Shown piece by piece: positions 60,281 through 64,000 of a DNA stretch of 64,000 nt. The translations under genes and the position numbers were made by a program. How positions within the stretch are numbered: position 1 is the stretch's first letter; every line of letters starts with the position of its first letter. The stretch covers positions 16,678,001 through 16,742,000 of the forward strand of contig OX597835.1 in the NCBI GenBank assembly GCA_951406725.2, read 5' to 3'. The notes under the pieces were generated by a model. That model saw nothing but the letters and a program-made list of their open reading frames with translations. It was not told the origin of the DNA and did no database searches. Source of the DNA: Octopus vulgaris. Lineage: Eukaryota.

Positions 60281-60448
60281 TATATAATAAAATGTCAGGG
60301 TGCAATATATACCTGTTTGCTTGAAAAAGGAGTTAAAACCATTAAAAAACCACGCATCTCTCACTATATTTAAACACGTACGGACAATATAGCAAATATA
60401 TTTTTCAAGGAAACAGGTACACATTGTACCCTGACATTTTATTATATA
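60281..60448. mobile_element. MITE with ~48-bp TIRs in a TA context
   Basis: 60281-60328 versus 60401-60448, inverted, 4 mismatches. Confidence 0.75.
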
Positions 60449-60457
60449 TATATATAT

Positions 60458-60629
60458 ATATTATATTATATTAATTAGAGACAAAACCACTATTATGCAA
60501 ATCAAACAAAGAAAGACTTAAGCCAATACATAAAATAATTTATATAAATTATTTTATGTATTGGCTTAAGTCTTTCTTTGTTTGATTTGCATAATAGTGG
60601 TTTTGTCTCTAATTAATATAATATAATAT
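60458..60629. repeat. Perfect spacer-less 172-bp palindrome
   Basis: Symmetric about 60543/60544; first mismatch at 60457/60630. Confidence 0.95.
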
Positions 60630-60696
60630 TTTACTATAAAATTGGATTCAATCCTAAATCTGATTTTTCCCTGTAAATTTGGATTTATTCCCCTAA

Positions 60697-60738
<42 letters not shown>

Positions 60739-60854
60739 TATAGTCAGTAGTTCATATATCTGAAAAAGAAGCATACTCTAAAACATTAGAGGTGTATTAT
60801 ATTTAGAAGGTTGTTTGTTATGGCCGGTTAAAAAGTGACCATAAAAACGCTTAC

Positions 60855-60923
60855 TTGTATAGGCGATTCGTCAGACTGAAATCTGGGTTTATCTTTTGTA
60901 GGGCAACCAAAATCGTATAACTC
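60855..60923 (-). CDS. Weak candidate upstream exon (phase-0 frame ELYDFGCPTKDKPRFQSDESPIQ)
   Basis: Strong donor CAA|GTAAGC, but the acceptor is a weak AAG and two frames are open. Boundaries are uncertain. Confidence 0.3.
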
Positions 60924-61099
60924 CTTATGAGCAGAGAGAAAGTAGTGTTCATGGTTATGTATAGGAGCTCAGCCTGCGGTACGTTACCTATACAGCGAAG
61001 CGCTTTATAGTTGCGAAACCAATGGTCACTTTCTAACCGCCCATAATAAAGCAATCATATGTTTTGCAAACGACTTGCACATGCAAGTGCTACCTGTTG

Positions 61100-61945
61100 A
61101 AAGCTCCGCATACCGGAAGCCAGCAAGTGTATAGGGTCATCGGGAGAGAATGCGCGCTCTTTCGGGACCTACTCCTCCACGCCATCAATGCGCACCGGCC
61201 CTCCTCACTGATATGAAGTCCCGCTTGCTAGATCAACTGGTTATCAAAAAAAAACCTCAATATTCTTCTAGCTGTCGCTCATCGTCTCGTTTTAACAAAA
61301 TCCAGTGGCTAGCCTTTTCCACTGTAGCTTGGATATCTGTCATGAGTTAACCTAACGATAACAACAGTCGTCTCACACCGTGTTCAACAAACACTCTACA
61401 TCCAATTTCTTTAATAGCCACAAGGGCCCAAACATTGAGGGGGACAATACAGCCTGATTGGGGTCAGCCACACAATGATTATATAACTTTTAAAATTTTA
61501 CAAAATATAATGAAATCGAATGAGATACAACAAGGACGTAATACAAACATGAGATGAAGCAGAGAGATGGCTTATGCTCCGACCCCACGAGCCCCATTCT
61601 CCTACTGAAACTTTTGTATGTAAACTTATGGCATGATCACGAGGAATCTTTCATTCCCAGCACCCTCGCAACATGCAACCACCTTTCTTTGAACATTTTC
61701 TTTGACAGGCATCATGTCTCCAGCCTCACCTTCCTTTTAAGGTGAAAGATAAAAAATCTCACCAACCCGAGACTCTACATCTGACTTCGATTGGAAAATG
61801 CTCCGCTTTCCAGCCAGCGTCTTCAAATTCCGGAAGGAGGTTTTCATAACGGTTCAATCTTTCGAGCCCGAGCGGCGTCCATGTCATCTTCATGAGGAAC
61901 CGTTAACTCGACTAGATTCACAATTTTCCTTCTTTCACACCACAT
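61100..61945 (-). mobile_element. HERO/R2-superfamily non-LTR element 3' end (restriction-like endonuclease), split by an insertion
   Basis: KIVNLVELTVPHEDDMDAARARK..RYENL..AGWKAEHFPIEV (61772-61945) continues as GCRVF...VEKASHWILLKRDD...* (61257-61402). Confidence 0.75.
61403..61771 (-). mobile_element. 5'-truncated LINE (Tx1/L1-like C-terminus) inserted into the HERO fragment
   Basis: Flanked by the direct repeat actctacatc (61393-61402, 61772-61781). Encodes FHLKRKVRLET*CLSKKMFKERWLHVARV. The clade assignment is tentative. Confidence 0.55.
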
Positions 61946-62037
61946 TAAAATAGGTATATGTATATATTTTATTTATGTATGTATGTATGTATGTATGTAT
62001 GTATGTATGTATGTATGTATGTATGTATGTATGTATG

Positions 62038-62258
62038 TTTCTTTACTACCCACAAGGGGCTAAACACAGAGGGGACAGACAAAGGGATTAAGTCGATTAC
62101 ATCGACCCCAATGCGTAACTGGTACTTAATTTATCGACCCCGAAAGGATGAAAGGCAAAGTCGACCTCGGCGGAATTTGAACTCGGAATGCAATGACAGA
62201 CGAAATACGGCTACGAATTTCGCCCGGCGTGCTAACGTTTCTACCAGCTCGCCGCCTT
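62038..62258 (-). mobile_element. SINE family A, full length
   Basis: Matches 2023-2255. Confidence 0.85.
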
Positions 62259-62569
62259 ATGTATCTATATATGTTAGTGTATGTGTGTGTGTGTGTATGT
62301 GGTATGTGTGTGTGTGTATTCCATAAATTAAAAAAAATTATGATGGTATTCTTTGTGCCAAATGCGAAGTTTGGAGTGAGGGTTTAATATAATTGGTGTA
62401 CCAAAATCAGAATTCTTCAAATGGGAAACAGTTGTTAGTAATGGGGCTATAGAACAATAGAGGTGATGATAGAGTGATAAATGGACACACGGACAGAGAG
62501 ATGCATGGTATTGTATGTGTGTACGTGTGATTGCATGTGTATGCATATATCTATATATATTTATATGTA

Positions 62570-62618
<49 letters not shown>

Positions 62619-62765
62619 TTATATGTAGTTATATATATATATGTAGGTGTGTGAGTGAGTGTATATATATATATATATATATACAATTATAAACATACAC
62701 ATTTACATATATTTGTGTGTGTGTATGTATGTTTGCTTCTATACACACACACACACACATATATC

Positions 62766-62806
<41 letters not shown>

Positions 62807-63031
62807 TATATATATTTGTGTGTGTGTATGCGCGTGTGTATGTGTGTGTGTTTTTTTAGTGTGTATGTATATCTGCATAAAGGTACAAACATATATATAT
62901 ACATATACCAATATACATGCAGGCATATATAACTATATATATATATTTACATATATATTTACATACGTCGCCACTCATGTGTGCGTGTGTGTGTGTGATC
63001 ATGCGTGCTTATATACGCATATGCATATATA

Positions 63032-63121
<90 letters not shown>

Positions 63122-63373
63122 GTATATGTATATACATATATGTGTATACAGACACACGTATATATTTGTACATATATTTATACATATATACGCACATATA
63201 TATAGCCATATAATTATGAATTCAGAGACAAGTTGAGAGACAGAAAATCATAGTTTCGCGAAAATAAAATATACGAAAATTCTTTTGGGAAACATAAGTG
63301 TTTTGGCAATGTGTTTAGTTAACATACAGACACCTCACGGTAAAAATAACAACATCAGCAACAACAACAACAA

Positions 63374-63441
<68 letters not shown>

Positions 63442-63687
63442 GTATAACGAAGAGTTATATTCATAAATGATAACAATTTGAAAAGAACTCAGCAATGCAG
63501 AGAGGGACAGTATTTGAATAAACATTTCGCTGTGTATGAATGGAAGGCCTCCGCGACGATGGCAAGATTGCAAGATTTAGTTAAACAATTTCGGTCAAGA
63601 TGGAAAAATTGTGCGCTGTCAAGACAGTATTGGAAGCGCATGGTGACCAGCGGTGCACAACATCATGTGACGCCCTGGTCGATACTG

Positions 63688-63804
<117 letters not shown>

Positions 63805-63861
63805 GTATATCTATCTATCTATCTCTCTATCTATCTGTCTGTCTATCTGTCTGTGTATCTA

Positions 63862-63941
<80 letters not shown>

Positions 63942-64000
63942 GTATATGAGGATTATTTAATAGTTTTTGATGTGTAAAGGTGATTTTATTTAATAGTTTT

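Overview
AT-rich eukaryotic DNA dominated by microsatellites ((TA)n, (CA)n, (TATC)n, (GTAT)n, (AAT)n, (CAT)n, (GGT)n) and tRNA-derived SINEs. The repeat repertoire suggests an octopod cephalopod (Octopus); this is an inference from recognising the repeats, not a database result. Almost all ORFs in the supplied track are translated microsatellites. Reading splice sites by hand shows the 3' part of a minus-strand, intron-rich gene for a single-pass membrane protein. It has a membrane-proximal exon (59851-59919), a transmembrane exon (59155-59282), a juxtamembrane YKRKLKAA exon (58233-58276) typical of CDH23/CDHR2/Cad87A-type cadherins, a Pro/Ser/Thr-rich cytoplasmic exon (33503-33783) and a candidate last exon (29905-29922). 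Several candidate alternative exons also fit, including a possible 3-nt microexon. The mobile DNA includes four SINE families and remnants of CR1, L2/CR1-group, RTE, Tx1-like, HERO/R2-type, Penelope-like and Tc1/mariner elements, plus two Helitron-like elements and MITE/foldback elements. The most notable non-coding signals are minimal type I hammerhead ribozyme motifs (one apparently intact at 21207-21252), a spacer-less 172-bp palindrome, and a TIR element carrying an 18-bp tandem array. All calls were made by eye; no search or folding program was run.
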